A DNA stretch of 47,272 bases from IMG/VR virus record IMGVR_UViG_3300016667_000048, positions 1 to 47,272 of that record. One strand, 5' to 3'. The position numbers and the translations under genes were made by a program. The notes beneath the pieces were generated by a model, which ran no database searches, was not told the origin of the DNA, and was given only the letters and a program-made list of their open reading frames with translations. Shown one piece after another: positions 34,662-44,102 of this stretch. The DNA comes from a virus (taxonomy: Duplodnaviria; Caudoviricetes). Each line of letters starts with the position of its first letter. Positions within the stretch are counted from its first letter, which is position 1.

Positions 34662-34904
34662 ATGAAGACCAAGACCCAACCGAAAGTGCAGCGCTACGCT
34701 GGCTGCATCATCGTCACTCGCCCCACTGGTGCCGATGTCATCGACCCGACCACTGGTGTGTGGCAGACCTTCCCGACCATGCGTAGCGCCAAGTGGTCGG
34801 CCACTATCTTCACTCGACTCGCTAGCTCCTTCGGCCACGACGTAGCTAGCCCTGACCTCATCGACTCCACCCTCAACCAAGTTAAGGAACACAACAATGT
34901 TTAA
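34662..34904 (+). CDS. Hypothetical protein
   Basis: 80 aa in a tightly packed operon. Confidence 0.7.
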   Translation: MKTKTQPKVQRYAGCIIVTRPTGADVIDPTTGVWQTFPTMRSAKWSATIFTRLASSFGHDVASPDLIDSTLNQVKEHNNV

Positions 34905-35121
34905 TTTTCCCAAGTACAACCTGCCCAAGAAGACCGAGTACCAGCAGACCTCGATCCCCGCTGATTGGGTAGTGCGCCTCGACCAGATCAGCCAGCAATT
35001 GATGGAGCTTAGCTATCAGAACACCGACCTCAAGCGTACGCTGGTGCGCCTTGAGACAAAGGTAAGCCGCTTGGGTATCGCCCTCGGCCATGCAGATGCA
35101 GTATCCCGTGGTAAGGACTAA
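34897..35121 (+). CDS. Hypothetical coiled-coil protein
   Basis: 74 aa; AAGGA RBS. Confidence 0.7.
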   Translation: MFNFPKYNLPKKTEYQQTSIPADWVVRLDQISQQLMELSYQNTDLKRTLVRLETKVSRLGIALGHADAVSRGKD

Positions 35122-35123
35122 TC

Positions 35124-35327
35124 ATGAACATCCGGCACCTACAAGTGCGGGACATGGAGCCCGGCGAGTTCTTCATCCTCGGGCGCGAGGTCATGCACCC
35201 GCGCTTACTTCAACTGATCGACCACGACCGGGGCGAATACTCCCGCTCATCCCTGTGCTTGGATGTAAAGGCTAAGCAATACATCTCACTCGACAAACAC
35301 GCATACACCATACGGAGTAAACCATGA
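35124..35327 (+). CDS. Hypothetical protein
   Basis: 67 aa; AAGGA RBS; overlaps the next start codon. Confidence 0.65.
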   Translation: MNIRHLQVRDMEPGEFFILGREVMHPRLLQLIDHDRGEYSRSSLCLDVKAKQYISLDKHAYTIRSKP

Positions 35328-36466
35328 ACTCACTCGACCGAATCAAACGCGCTCACATTGCAATCATGCGTCACGCCAAGTTCTGCGCCTTCTCTGGCGT
35401 GGTTGCTTGCGGCAAGGTAGAGGTTGACCCCAACCTGCCCACTGCCTGCACTAACGGTTACGACGTAACCTATGGTGACAAGTTCGTCCAGTCGCTGACT
35501 GACCCGGAGCTTCGCTTCGTTGTCCTGCACGAGTCTGTGCATAAGAGCTATCGCCACCTGACTGTGTGGAAGCAACTGTGGGAGCAAGACAAGCAGCGCA
35601 CCAACATCGCGGCTGACCACTTCGTTAACCTTGCCCTGTCCGACATGGACGGCGGCGAGGGGTTCATCGTCATGCCCAAGATCGGCATTCAACCCAACCC
35701 CGAGTATCGTGGCTTGTCGGTGCGTCAAATCTTCGACAAGCTGGAGGATGAGCAGGATGACCCGCCGCCCAACAGCGGGCTTGATGAGCATGACTTCGAC
35801 GGCGCAAGCCAGCCCTCTCCTGCTGAGCAAGAAGCACAAGCCGAAGAGATTCAACGTGCGCTGCGCCAAGGCGAGTCGGTCGCTCGCGCTCGCGGCAAGG
35901 GTAAAGGTAGCGGTAGCTTGATGGCCGATATATTGCGCCCCAAGGTTGACTGGCGGCAGCAGTTGCGCGAGTTCGTGCAGGAGACATGTGCAGGCAAGGA
36001 TGAGTCAACGTGGAGCAAACCTAACCGCCGCTTCGTTGGCGAGGATGTGTACATGCCCTCGATGATTAGCGAGAAGATGGGCGAGCTTGTCGTCGTGCTG
36101 GACACCAGCGGCTCTTGCTTCACGGGTTCGGTCATCAGCGCGTTCGCGAGCGAGTTGGCTGCAATCGTCAGTCAGGTTCGCCCCGACAAGGTTCGTGTGC
36201 TGTACGTTGACGACCATCTGCATGGCGAGCAAGTGTTCGATGACGGGCAGTTCGCCATCACGCAACTCAAAGTGCAGGGCGGCGGCGGTACCGACTTGAC
36301 TATCGGTTTCGATCATGTATATACTAAAGGCTACAAACCTCAAGCCATCGTCGTATTCACTGATCTGTACACGCCCTTCCCCAAGTCCATCCCATGCCCA
36401 ACGCTGTGGTGTTCAACTACTAACCTGACTGCTCCAATAGGTCAGACCATCCATATCAACCTGTAA
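35324..36466 (+). CDS. HExxH metallopeptidase-like plus vWA domain protein (DUF2201-type)
   Basis: PTACTNG, VLHESVH, NIAAD, MIDAS DTSGS, GGGGT and FTD. Confidence 0.88.
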   Translation: MNSLDRIKRAHIAIMRHAKFCAFSGVVACGKVEVDPNLPTACTNGYDVTYGDKFVQSLTDPELRFVVLHESVHKSYRHLTVWKQLWEQDKQRTNIAADHFVNLALSDMDGGEGFIVMPKIGIQPNPEYRGLSVRQIFDKLEDEQDDPPPNSGLDEHDFDGASQPSPAEQEAQAEEIQRALRQGESVARARGKGKGSGSLMADILRPKVDWRQQLREFVQETCAGKDESTWSKPNRRFVGEDVYMPSMISEKMGELVVVLDTSGSCFTGSVISAFASELAAIVSQVRPDKVRVLYVDDHLHGEQVFDDGQFAITQLKVQGGGGTDLTIGFDHVYTKGYKPQAIVVFTDLYTPFPKSIPCPTLWCSTTNLTAPIGQTIHINL

Positions 36467-36473
36467 CCCACTC

Positions 36474-36487
36474 GCCCCTTCGGGGGC
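36474..36487 (+). repeat. GCCCC-TTCG-GGGGC hairpin, copy 2
   Basis: Identical to 34338-34351. Confidence 0.8.
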
Positions 36488-36507
36488 TAACCAATCACGT
36501 ATTTATC

Positions 36508-37104
36508 ATGGACATTCACGCATTAAAAGCTACAGGCAAAAGCCGATTCGACGCCGAGTACTCCAAGTGGAGTGCTAACCAATGTACCGGCTACGAGTGG
36601 TGGGACTCCATCGATGACTGGTTCAAAGAAGACATGAAGCCCTTTGGGCTGGACGTTCGGGAGATTTACTTTTCCGTTGCCTACTGCCAAGGCGATTACG
36701 CGAGCTTTGATGCGTACCTAGACTTCGCTAAGTGGCTTGAGGCGGCAGGCTATGCCGAGCAGTACCCGGCACTAGTTGTCGGGTGCAGGGACTACGATCT
36801 TATCGTAAAAGTTAACGACCGACGCAACCGCCCTCGGGTGGATTGGGACTACTACTATCAGGTTGGTAGTAACACAGACCCCTCTGGCGTGTTTGAGATG
36901 TTGGATCAAGATGCGTGGACTGAGCTTATCGACTCGCAGTTCGACGCCGAGGACTGGGAGCAATTGATAAACGATTGGCTGGAGTCCAAAGCCAAGGAAC
37001 TATACAAGGCACTACAGGAGGAATACGAATACCTGACAAGCGAAGAACAGTTCATCGAACACTGCGAAGCCAACGACATCGAATTCACCACCGAGGAAAA
37101 CTAA
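36508..37104 (+). CDS. Highly acidic, aromatic-rich protein
   Basis: About 45 D/E versus 17 K/R (hand count); C-terminal EEYEYLTSEE...EANDIEF. Confidence 0.8.
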   Translation: MDIHALKATGKSRFDAEYSKWSANQCTGYEWWDSIDDWFKEDMKPFGLDVREIYFSVAYCQGDYASFDAYLDFAKWLEAAGYAEQYPALVVGCRDYDLIVKVNDRRNRPRVDWDYYYQVGSNTDPSGVFEMLDQDAWTELIDSQFDAEDWEQLINDWLESKAKELYKALQEEYEYLTSEEQFIEHCEANDIEFTTEEN

Positions 37105-37106
37105 TC

Positions 37107-37361
37107 ATGTACTTCAAACTCAACATCGCAGGCAAAGAAGTCCTGCTCAACAACGAGCAGCTTAAGACCATCATCGACACGCTGCACGGCTGCGACTCGT
37201 TTACTAGCGAGTATGTAGGCAATAACCGTGGCGACAACAACGGAAACTACCTCAAGTGCGTACGCACGCTGGACCTCAGCGAGATAGCTACAAACCCCTT
37301 GCCGTCTGACTACGTAGAAACAATCCGTCTGCGCACCAAACTCGCAGACGAAAAGAAGTAA
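37107..37361 (+). CDS. Hypothetical protein
   Basis: Probable start MYFKLNIAG with a GAGG RBS. Confidence 0.7.
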   Translation: MYFKLNIAGKEVLLNNEQLKTIIDTLHGCDSFTSEYVGNNRGDNNGNYLKCVRTLDLSEIATNPLPSDYVETIRLRTKLADEKK

Positions 37362-37390
37362 CCCAACCACCAACCATCAAAGGAAAGACC

Positions 37391-38284
37391 ATGAACACTT
37401 CTATCGACACCACCGCAGGCATCTCTCGTGCAGCTATGCTGGTCACGCTTAACATCAACATGTACACGGGTCGCAAGCAAGACAAGCGTGCCCAAGCTGA
37501 GGTTGTTGCATCGCACAATGCCGCCTCTGCGCGTGCTGCCTCGGTCTACAAGTCCCTGTTCACCGACTGCAAGGAGTTGGAGGACATCACGAAGTTCCAA
37601 GCTCGTGCTCGTGCCCGGCACTACGCAATGACCCTGCCGTGGTCTGACTCTGGCCCGCGTCTGCTGCCCACCAAGGCGTTTATAGAGTACACGCAGGAGA
37701 TGGACAAGCACCGCCAGCAGTTTGACTTCCTCGTTGATGCCTTCCTCAACAAGTACGACACGCTCGTGGCTGCTGCGGCGTTCAAGCTGGGCACGCTGTT
37801 CGACCGTGACGAGTATCCCCTGCGCGAGTCCATTGCCAAGAAGTTCAACTTCGCGCTGGACTACATGCCGCTGCCCACTGCGGGTGACTTCCGTCTGGAC
37901 ATCGAGAGCGAGGTGCAGAAGCAACTGATCGAACAGTATGAAAAGCGCATGGCCGCACAGGTTAACCAAGCACAGCAAGACGCATGGTCCCGACTGTACG
38001 AAGTGCTGACTCAACTCAAGGACAGGCTTACGCTTAACGAGGACGGCACCCGCAAGATTTTCCGTGACACGACCGTCACCAATGCGGTCGAACTGTGCGA
38101 GGCGCTGACCCGCCTCAACGTGACCGGCGACCCTGCGCTGGAGGCTGCGCGTCAGAAGCTTGAGGAAGCCATGCTGGGCGTCGAGCCCAAGGAGCTGCGA
38201 AAGGAGGAAGGCGAACGTCTTATCGTGCTGAGTAAGGTCTCAAGCATCTTGGATGCGTTCGACTTTGGTGACATGGAGGGATGA
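37391..38284 (+). CDS. DUF3150-like helical protein (often found with AAA/vWA pairs)
   Basis: TLPWSDSGPRLLP, EYP...KF, KIFRDT and LNVTGDPAL. Confidence 0.65.
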   Translation: MNTSIDTTAGISRAAMLVTLNINMYTGRKQDKRAQAEVVASHNAASARAASVYKSLFTDCKELEDITKFQARARARHYAMTLPWSDSGPRLLPTKAFIEYTQEMDKHRQQFDFLVDAFLNKYDTLVAAAAFKLGTLFDRDEYPLRESIAKKFNFALDYMPLPTAGDFRLDIESEVQKQLIEQYEKRMAAQVNQAQQDAWSRLYEVLTQLKDRLTLNEDGTRKIFRDTTVTNAVELCEALTRLNVTGDPALEAARQKLEEAMLGVEPKELRKEEGERLIVLSKVSSILDAFDFGDMEG

Positions 38285-38670
38285 ATACATACCACGAATA
38301 TCGCGACAGAGTATCCGTGCTTGCGCGAATCCATAGGCTTGATACCTTAGCTCCCGGTGAGAAGGATTTAATGCACCGTCTGGAACTAGAGGCAATGCGT
38401 ATGGTTTCTCAAAACACGGATATAACCTGTCGATACTACGAAACACCGACTGGCTGGCGGCTAGACTGCATGGACGGGGGCCGCCGCGCCCCTTTGCAGG
38501 GTGAACCCGGCGAACAACCGGAGTGGCTGCAAGTCATACTTGACGTAGCCCGTATCGGAGGCCATGCTGCCACATGGCCCGGTGCAAACAAGGAGCCCAC
38601 CATAACGGTGTGGTTCCGCATCGACCGCAACAACCAACTGACGGAGTTTATAGAGTGGCTTCAAAGATGA
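38281..38670 (+). CDS. Hypothetical protein
   Basis: 129 aa, coupled by an ATGA overlap. Confidence 0.7.
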   Translation: MNTYHEYRDRVSVLARIHRLDTLAPGEKDLMHRLELEAMRMVSQNTDITCRYYETPTGWRLDCMDGGRRAPLQGEPGEQPEWLQVILDVARIGGHAATWPGANKEPTITVWFRIDRNNQLTEFIEWLQR

Positions 38671-39050
38671 CTATGGAGAAATGCCTTGACGACTGGCGCG
38701 AGTCGGTCGATGAACGCATAGATAACCTCTGTGCGGTGTATCAAAGCAAGGGACTGCGCCGAGTCATCTCGGCTCTGTTGTCGGTGGACAGTACATCTAT
38801 GTTGCTGTTCAAACTGCTGGCCGATAGGGTAGATGAATCTGACCCACACGACGAACGCCTGATGGAAGAGTTGACCTATATGGTTAAGAACTCTCTGTCA
38901 TGCGTGGCATCGCAAGTCGTGATGCTGCTGGACGTACGGGACGATGTGCGCCCGCAACTCATGGAAGATATCGTGCAGATCATAAAGACACGATACGAAC
39001 TCGAAGACAAACTCAATGCAATCAACAAGGGGAAGAGCAATGAAGCTTAA
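38667..39050 (+). CDS. Hypothetical protein
   Basis: Probable start at the ATGA overlap at 38667. Confidence 0.65.
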   Translation: MTMEKCLDDWRESVDERIDNLCAVYQSKGLRRVISALLSVDSTSMLLFKLLADRVDESDPHDERLMEELTYMVKNSLSCVASQVVMLLDVRDDVRPQLMEDIVQIIKTRYELEDKLNAINKGKSNEA

Positions 39051-39213
39051 GAGCATTAACCCGTGGCGCAAGCCCACCTACGAACAGAAAGTCCAGCTTG
39101 ATCTGGAAGCCGCGAAGCTGTCGCTGCTGGAGGCACGCAAGCGCCTCGACTGGGAGCACTGCATCGTTGAGTACTACGCACGTATGGTTGAACGACTGGA
39201 GAAGACGCAATGA
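39040..39213 (+). CDS. Small hypothetical protein
   Basis: MKLKSINPWRKP...RMVERLEKTQ. Confidence 0.6.
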   Translation: MKLKSINPWRKPTYEQKVQLDLEAAKLSLLEARKRLDWEHCIVEYYARMVERLEKTQ

Positions 39214-39359
39214 AGAACCCTATCAAGTACGACACCGGCTGGCGAAGGCTGGATAACATTCTTGCCGCTATTGCCTTTGGCTCCGTCACTCTGCTGTTCG
39301 CAGTCGGTGCCGGTATGCTGTCTTTCTTCCTCTGGGCGCACTGGCAAATCTTCAAGTGA
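39210..39359 (+). CDS. Small membrane protein (49 aa)
   Basis: Read manually: MKNPIKYDTGWRRLDNILAAIAFGSVTLLFAVGAGMLSFFLWAHWQIFK; ATGA coupling. Confidence 0.55.
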   Translation: MKNPIKYDTGWRRLDNILAAIAFGSVTLLFAVGAGMLSFFLWAHWQIFK

Positions 39360-39493
39360 CCTACGACGAGTTACTGAAGCTGGCTCGGGAGGCTGGCTTC
39401 CCTGACTGGTGGCTGACCAGTACCGACAAACGCAGCGAGGCCATGCTGCTGCGCCTGAAACGATTTGCTGAACTTGTGAGGGAGAAGACATGA
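39356..39493 (+). CDS. Small protein of the LAREAG...RFAELV paralog family
   Basis: Read manually from a GTG start: MTYDELLKLAREAGF...LKRFAELVREKT. Confidence 0.55.
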   Translation: MTYDELLKLAREAGFPDWWLTSTDKRSEAMLLRLKRFAELVREKT

Positions 39494-39611
39494 ACATCTA
39501 CGCACTCGGTTGGCCCACCAACCCCTTTAAGCAACTGACCCCGCAGGCTATGGCCGCACTGCTGCGCCGCATCAACGCCGCGCAACCTAAACCTGTACTG
39601 GAGGACGCGCC

Positions 39612-39938
39612 GTGGTAACTACTGACCGCGAACTGCTGAAGCTGGCAGCGAAGGCTGCAGGTATAGGTGATGTCGATATTACCGGTCGCCCCTGCGTTAT
39701 TGACGTCAAATACAGCGGGGTGCATTTGAAAGCTTGGAACCCGCTTACCGATGACGGCGACGCGCTGCGCTTGGCGGTGAAGTTGAACCTACTGATTCAA
39801 ATCCGACCGCGCGTAACTTTCGTAACAGACAATGAAGGCAACCAACTGGATTTCAGGCAGCACAAGGATGACCCCTATGCCGCCACCCGACGAGCCATCG
39901 TCCGCGCCGCTGCTGAGATTGGAAGGAGTATGACATGA
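39612..39938 (+). CDS. Conserved phage protein
   Basis: DRELLKLAAKAAG, WNPLTDDGDALRLAVKL and ATRRAIVRAAAEIG. Confidence 0.8.
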   Translation: MVTTDRELLKLAAKAAGIGDVDITGRPCVIDVKYSGVHLKAWNPLTDDGDALRLAVKLNLLIQIRPRVTFVTDNEGNQLDFRQHKDDPYAATRRAIVRAAAEIGRSMT

Positions 39939-40258
39939 ATGAACAGCCCAACGCCCTGCGACTGGCAGACCTAATCGACCAGAACCTTGCCGGTGCAGGT
40001 GATGCCGAGATAGCAGCCGAACTGCGCCGACTGCACGCCGAGTTGATCGAAACCCAAGCGCAGCGTAGTGCCGCATTCCGAACCATCGAGCAACTGCAGG
40101 ATGAAAACACCGTACTGTTGAAGGCGCTGAAGCTGTTCCGTAGGTATGAAACCGAAGCGATTATAGGAAACGATATCGAAGCTATGCTGGCCTACGCAGA
40201 ACTACAAACCGCAGCGCGCGACGCCATCGCCAAAGCAGAAGGAACCAACAATGACTGA
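39935..40258 (+). CDS. Hypothetical coiled-coil protein
   Basis: ALRLAD...AAELRRLH...ARDAIAKAEG. Confidence 0.75.
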   Translation: MNEQPNALRLADLIDQNLAGAGDAEIAAELRRLHAELIETQAQRSAAFRTIEQLQDENTVLLKALKLFRRYETEAIIGNDIEAMLAYAELQTAARDAIAKAEGTNND

Positions 40259-40712
40259 CAAGGTACTGATCGACCGCTCCGTGCTGGAGCAGGCGCTGGC
40301 GGCAATCAACGGATTGCTTACATTCAACACCACGCCGGACGAATACGCAGAAGGTAGGAAAGCTAAGGAGGCCATTCGCGCAGCACTGGAGCAGGAGCCC
40401 GCGCCGAATTGCGCTACGCACAGACAGCCTAAGCAAGGCGCGTTTTACAAGCGCGTGGATGGCAAGTGGTACGTCTGGTCGCGTATGGAGAATGGCCAGC
40501 CGCACAGGTGGTACATATCACCCGGAACAACAGAGAGTTGCTTGGAGCCGATTAACGCCGCCGCACCGCAGCCACGCCTCCATCCGCTGACAACTACGCA
40601 GATCACAGAGCTAGAGAACCAGCATTCATCTCCTGAATCCGTTGATGACTTTTACCTGGACGCCATAGGGTTCGCCCGCGCCATCGAGCGTGCCCACGGG
40701 ATCGGGGGGTGA
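40251..40712 (+). CDS. Mosaic hypothetical protein
   Basis: LEQALAA N-terminus and FARAIERAHGIG C-terminus. Confidence 0.75.
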   Translation: MTDKVLIDRSVLEQALAAINGLLTFNTTPDEYAEGRKAKEAIRAALEQEPAPNCATHRQPKQGAFYKRVDGKWYVWSRMENGQPHRWYISPGTTESCLEPINAAAPQPRLHPLTTTQITELENQHSSPESVDDFYLDAIGFARAIERAHGIGG

Positions 40713-40855
40713 GGAATGATGACTGCAGAAACCATCGTCCTGATTGCAGTGCCAGTGGTCGGCATCGCCTCAATAGCGGCAGTCGGCATAGCCCGCATGT
40801 ACTTCGACCACAAGGAAGCGATCAGGAGGCTTGAACTGGAAAAGGAGCAGAAGAA

Positions 40856-41125
40856 ATGAACCAACACGACATCATCCGCATGGCGCGTGTGGCTTGTGAA
40901 GGGCTGTCGGACAAGCAGGCAGTAAACAAAGACTTGTGGTACTGGCCTATGGAATACCAAGACAAGCCGGCGTATCGAGAAGCCCTCGAACGCTTCGCTG
41001 GCCTAGTAGCCGCTGCCGAGCGTGAGGCTTGCGCCGAGATTGTTGAGGCTGAAGCCCTGACCTACTCCGAACCAACATGGGCGTTTCGAATTGTTGATCG
41101 CATCCGAGCAAGGGGGAAAGCATGA
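40856..41125 (+). CDS. AEREACA-family small protein
   Basis: DIIRMAR...LERFAGLVAAAEREACA...IRARG. Confidence 0.75.
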   Translation: MNQHDIIRMARVACEGLSDKQAVNKDLWYWPMEYQDKPAYREALERFAGLVAAAEREACAEIVEAEALTYSEPTWAFRIVDRIRARGKA

Positions 41126-41571
41126 GCAACACAACCACGACCGGAAACATCTTAATGGACAGCTACTTAGACATGGTGGCGAAGAAAGCTAACGCGACTG
41201 CCGCAGAGCGTCCTGCGTGCAGCATGACCCGCGACGAAATTATTAGCCTGGCGCGTAAGGCAGGTGGGATGGATGGCTGGGGAGTTGGCCGCCGCATATC
41301 CGACCCAGAGCTTCGCGCAGACAACTTTGTTTTCGACCTAGAAGACTTGGAACGCTTCGCCGCCCTGGTTGACGCTGCCGAGCGCCAAGCCTGCGCAGCG
41401 CACTACGCTGACATCATGCGTAAGGCAGTCGAGGAAGAACGTGAAGCTTGCGCTAAGGTATCTGAGACGTTGGGAGTTCACCCGGCACTCAACATCTACG
41501 GTGGTGGACCTGAGTGGTACAAGCACGGGCAAGACATCGCTACTGCTATACGAGCAAGAGGTACCAAATGA
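41122..41571 (+). CDS. AEREACA-family protein
   Basis: EIISLARKAG...LERFAALV...EREACA...IRARG. Confidence 0.75.
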   Translation: MSNTTTTGNILMDSYLDMVAKKANATAAERPACSMTRDEIISLARKAGGMDGWGVGRRISDPELRADNFVFDLEDLERFAALVDAAERQACAAHYADIMRKAVEEEREACAKVSETLGVHPALNIYGGGPEWYKHGQDIATAIRARGTK

Positions 41572-41810
41572 ACAGAGATGACATAGCCGCACTGGCTCAG
41601 GAGGCGGGCTTCTCAATCAACGATGGCATCGTAATCGGCGGGGTGTCAGACCTTGAACGATTCACTGAACTGGTAGCCGCTTCCGAGCGCGAGGCGTGCG
41701 CAAGAGCCGTTGGCGAGGTTTACAACCAGCACGATGGAGTGGATATGAAAGAAATCCGATACGGTATTGCCGTAAGCTCCGCAGCCATAAGGACTAGAGG
41801 CAAATCATGA
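41568..41810 (+). CDS. AEREACA-family small protein
   Basis: Probable start MNRDDIAALAQEAG; LERFTELV...EREACA...IRTRG. Confidence 0.75.
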   Translation: MNRDDIAALAQEAGFSINDGIVIGGVSDLERFTELVAASEREACARAVGEVYNQHDGVDMKEIRYGIAVSSAAIRTRGKS

Positions 41811-42081
41811 CTTGGGTGCTGATGCTGCATTTCTACACGGCTACGGGCGGCATAGCCGCTTCCGCTATGCCCATGCCGAGCTACGAGACTTGTGTCCAAG
41901 TGGGGGAGATGTACGCATCAAGACTCAAGAACTTCGCACGCTTTGAATGTATCAACGTGGAGAACAGCAACCGTGGCTGATGCGCTACTAATCTGCATAG
42001 TTATCTCGGGCACCGTCGCCGCCATCTGGTGCATGTGGGAAGACTATAAGGAACAACGACGTAACCGAAGGAGAAGTAAAC

Positions 42082-42282
42082 GTGGCCGATATTAGTATGT
42101 GTCAAGACAAGCAATGCCCTAGTGGTGACGACTGTTACCGCTTCACGGCGGACCCCAACCCGCATTGGCAGAGCTACTTCATGATTAGCCCCCGTAGTGC
42201 AAATGCCCGTTCGTGTGAGTTCTACATACCCGCTGAGGTTCCTGATGACAAACCAATCGGTGACGATGGAGCAGCTAGCTAG
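42082..42282 (+). CDS. Small Cys-containing protein
   Basis: DISMC...CP...CYRF...WQSYF...CEFY. Confidence 0.65.
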   Translation: MADISMCQDKQCPSGDDCYRFTADPNPHWQSYFMISPRSANARSCEFYIPAEVPDDKPIGDDGAAS

Positions 42283-42832
42283 GCTGTACGCGGCGCGTAA
42301 TGAGGCAAACAAGAGGATGTCCCAAGCCATGCGCAGTAAGGACGAGAACATCATCCGTCTAGCCAAGGAAGATGCAACACGCTGGAACTACGCATACGAC
42401 GATGCCCGCAAGGCGTACAAGCGCCAGCAGAAAGCCAAGCGCAAGGCAGACCTGCGCACCACTATGATTAAGTGGTATCTTGACCGAGCGGAGGTTGAGG
42501 CTGATGAAGCGACCGAGGAAACCGAAGCTGCGCCTGCACGATCTGAGGCAAGCTGAACCCATAACCTGCCTACACTGTGGGCAGGCTAAACCCGCACTTG
42601 GCGCTGCCAAGTTCCATGCGTTCGACGTATGCGCTGAGTGCGTTCACAAACTACAAACCAAAGCATCACATGAATCGTGATTCCGAAATCGCAGAAGGCT
42701 TGGTTGCCGAGCTACTGCAAGTGCTGGAGAAATACGACGGCACTATGCTCAACGTAACCATGCTGGGCTGCATCGATGTGGTCAAAGCCATGATCCTACA
42801 AGAGTCGGTCGATAACTGGGAGGATGACGAAG

Positions 42833-43474
42833 ATGTCGAGTAGCACTAAGTTAGTCTGGGTGACGCCAGATGCGGACAAGGTAATGGGTTACGTAGCCCG
42901 TGTCAGCAACCCGGTCAACCAAGAAAACCCCGACGTAGCCAAGCTGCTGCGGTACTGCGCTGACAACGCGCACTGGTCGGTCTTCGAGCACGCTCACGCA
43001 TGTCTGGAAATTAACACCACACGCGACATTGCCCGCCAGATGCTCAGGCATCGTAGCTTCTCCTTCAGTGAGTTCAGCCAGCGGTATCAAGACGCCAGCC
43101 AACTAGGCGACTGGGTTCTGCGCGAGTGTCGCCTGCAGGATACGAAAAATCGGCAGAACAGTCTCGATTGCGATGATGAGGGCCTATCAGTAGTTTGGGA
43201 ACAGGTGCAAGATAGTGTGGCCGCGTACACGAGGCAGCGCTACGAGTGGGCACTTATGAACGGCATCGCCAAAGAACAAGCCCGCGCCCTGCTGCCCGAG
43301 GGTCTGACGCCAAGCCGCCTCTACATGACGGGCTCGATGCGCAGTTGGATTACCTACTGCCAAGTTCGTTTGGATGCCAGCACCCAGAAGGAACACCGGG
43401 AGATTGCTGAGCGAGTCCTCGACATCCTGCGCATCGTAGCTCCGGTCACTACAGCGGCGTTTTTCTCCGGTTAA
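42833..43474 (+). CDS. thyX: Flavin-dependent thymidylate synthase
   Basis: RHRSFSFSEFSQRY signature, HWSVFE, KEQARALLP and QKEHR. Confidence 0.95.
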   Translation: MSSSTKLVWVTPDADKVMGYVARVSNPVNQENPDVAKLLRYCADNAHWSVFEHAHACLEINTTRDIARQMLRHRSFSFSEFSQRYQDASQLGDWVLRECRLQDTKNRQNSLDCDDEGLSVVWEQVQDSVAAYTRQRYEWALMNGIAKEQARALLPEGLTPSRLYMTGSMRSWITYCQVRLDASTQKEHREIAERVLDILRIVAPVTTAAFFSG

Positions 43475-43560
43475 TCTGGGGTACACTTAACCCACATGGC
43501 CGCTGCCTCTGCTACCAAGCACCGCAGCGGTTCTTTCTATCTTTTCTATGCTTTCTATGT

Positions 43561-44100
43561 ATGACTAACGAACCTAAAGACTGGGAACTCGTACGCACTA
43601 AGATCATGCAGCGGCACAGCCTTGATGGCGACTGCTGGGAATGGAAGAGCTTCTTCACGCACGGTCGCCCGGTGCTTCACTTCCAATCCACCACGGGCAA
43701 GCACACCTGTGCGCCGACTCGTATGCTGGTGGCGATCCTGTGGGGCAAGCATGTAGCCCCTAACCACAAATGCGTACCCGTGTGTGGTAACTCTAAGTGC
43801 GTCAACCCTGACCACATCCGTGTGATTCCTCTGCGTGAGCATCTGCGCCGCGCATCTAAAGTTGCCCATAGCGAAGGTAACGAAATCCTACGTGCTGCCA
43901 AGATCGCAGAGGTGCGCCGAGCTAAGCACGCCAAGCTGACTTGGGATCAGGTAAACGCTATCCGCGAGAGTGACCAACCCTACCGTACGCTTTCTGCTGA
44001 GTACGGCGTTTCTATGGCCCTGATCGGGCGCATCAAGCGCAACGAGGCTTGGGTACAGCACATCGCTAAGGCTAATCCGTTCGCAGCACTGATGAGGTAA
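43561..44100 (+). CDS. HNH-like zinc-binding domain plus C-terminal HTH
   Basis: CWEW...CGNSKCVNPDH and KLTWDQVNAIR...LSAEYGVS...IKRNEAW. Confidence 0.7.
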   Translation: MTNEPKDWELVRTKIMQRHSLDGDCWEWKSFFTHGRPVLHFQSTTGKHTCAPTRMLVAILWGKHVAPNHKCVPVCGNSKCVNPDHIRVIPLREHLRRASKVAHSEGNEILRAAKIAEVRRAKHAKLTWDQVNAIRESDQPYRTLSAEYGVSMALIGRIKRNEAWVQHIAKANPFAALMR

Positions 44101-44102
44101 AC

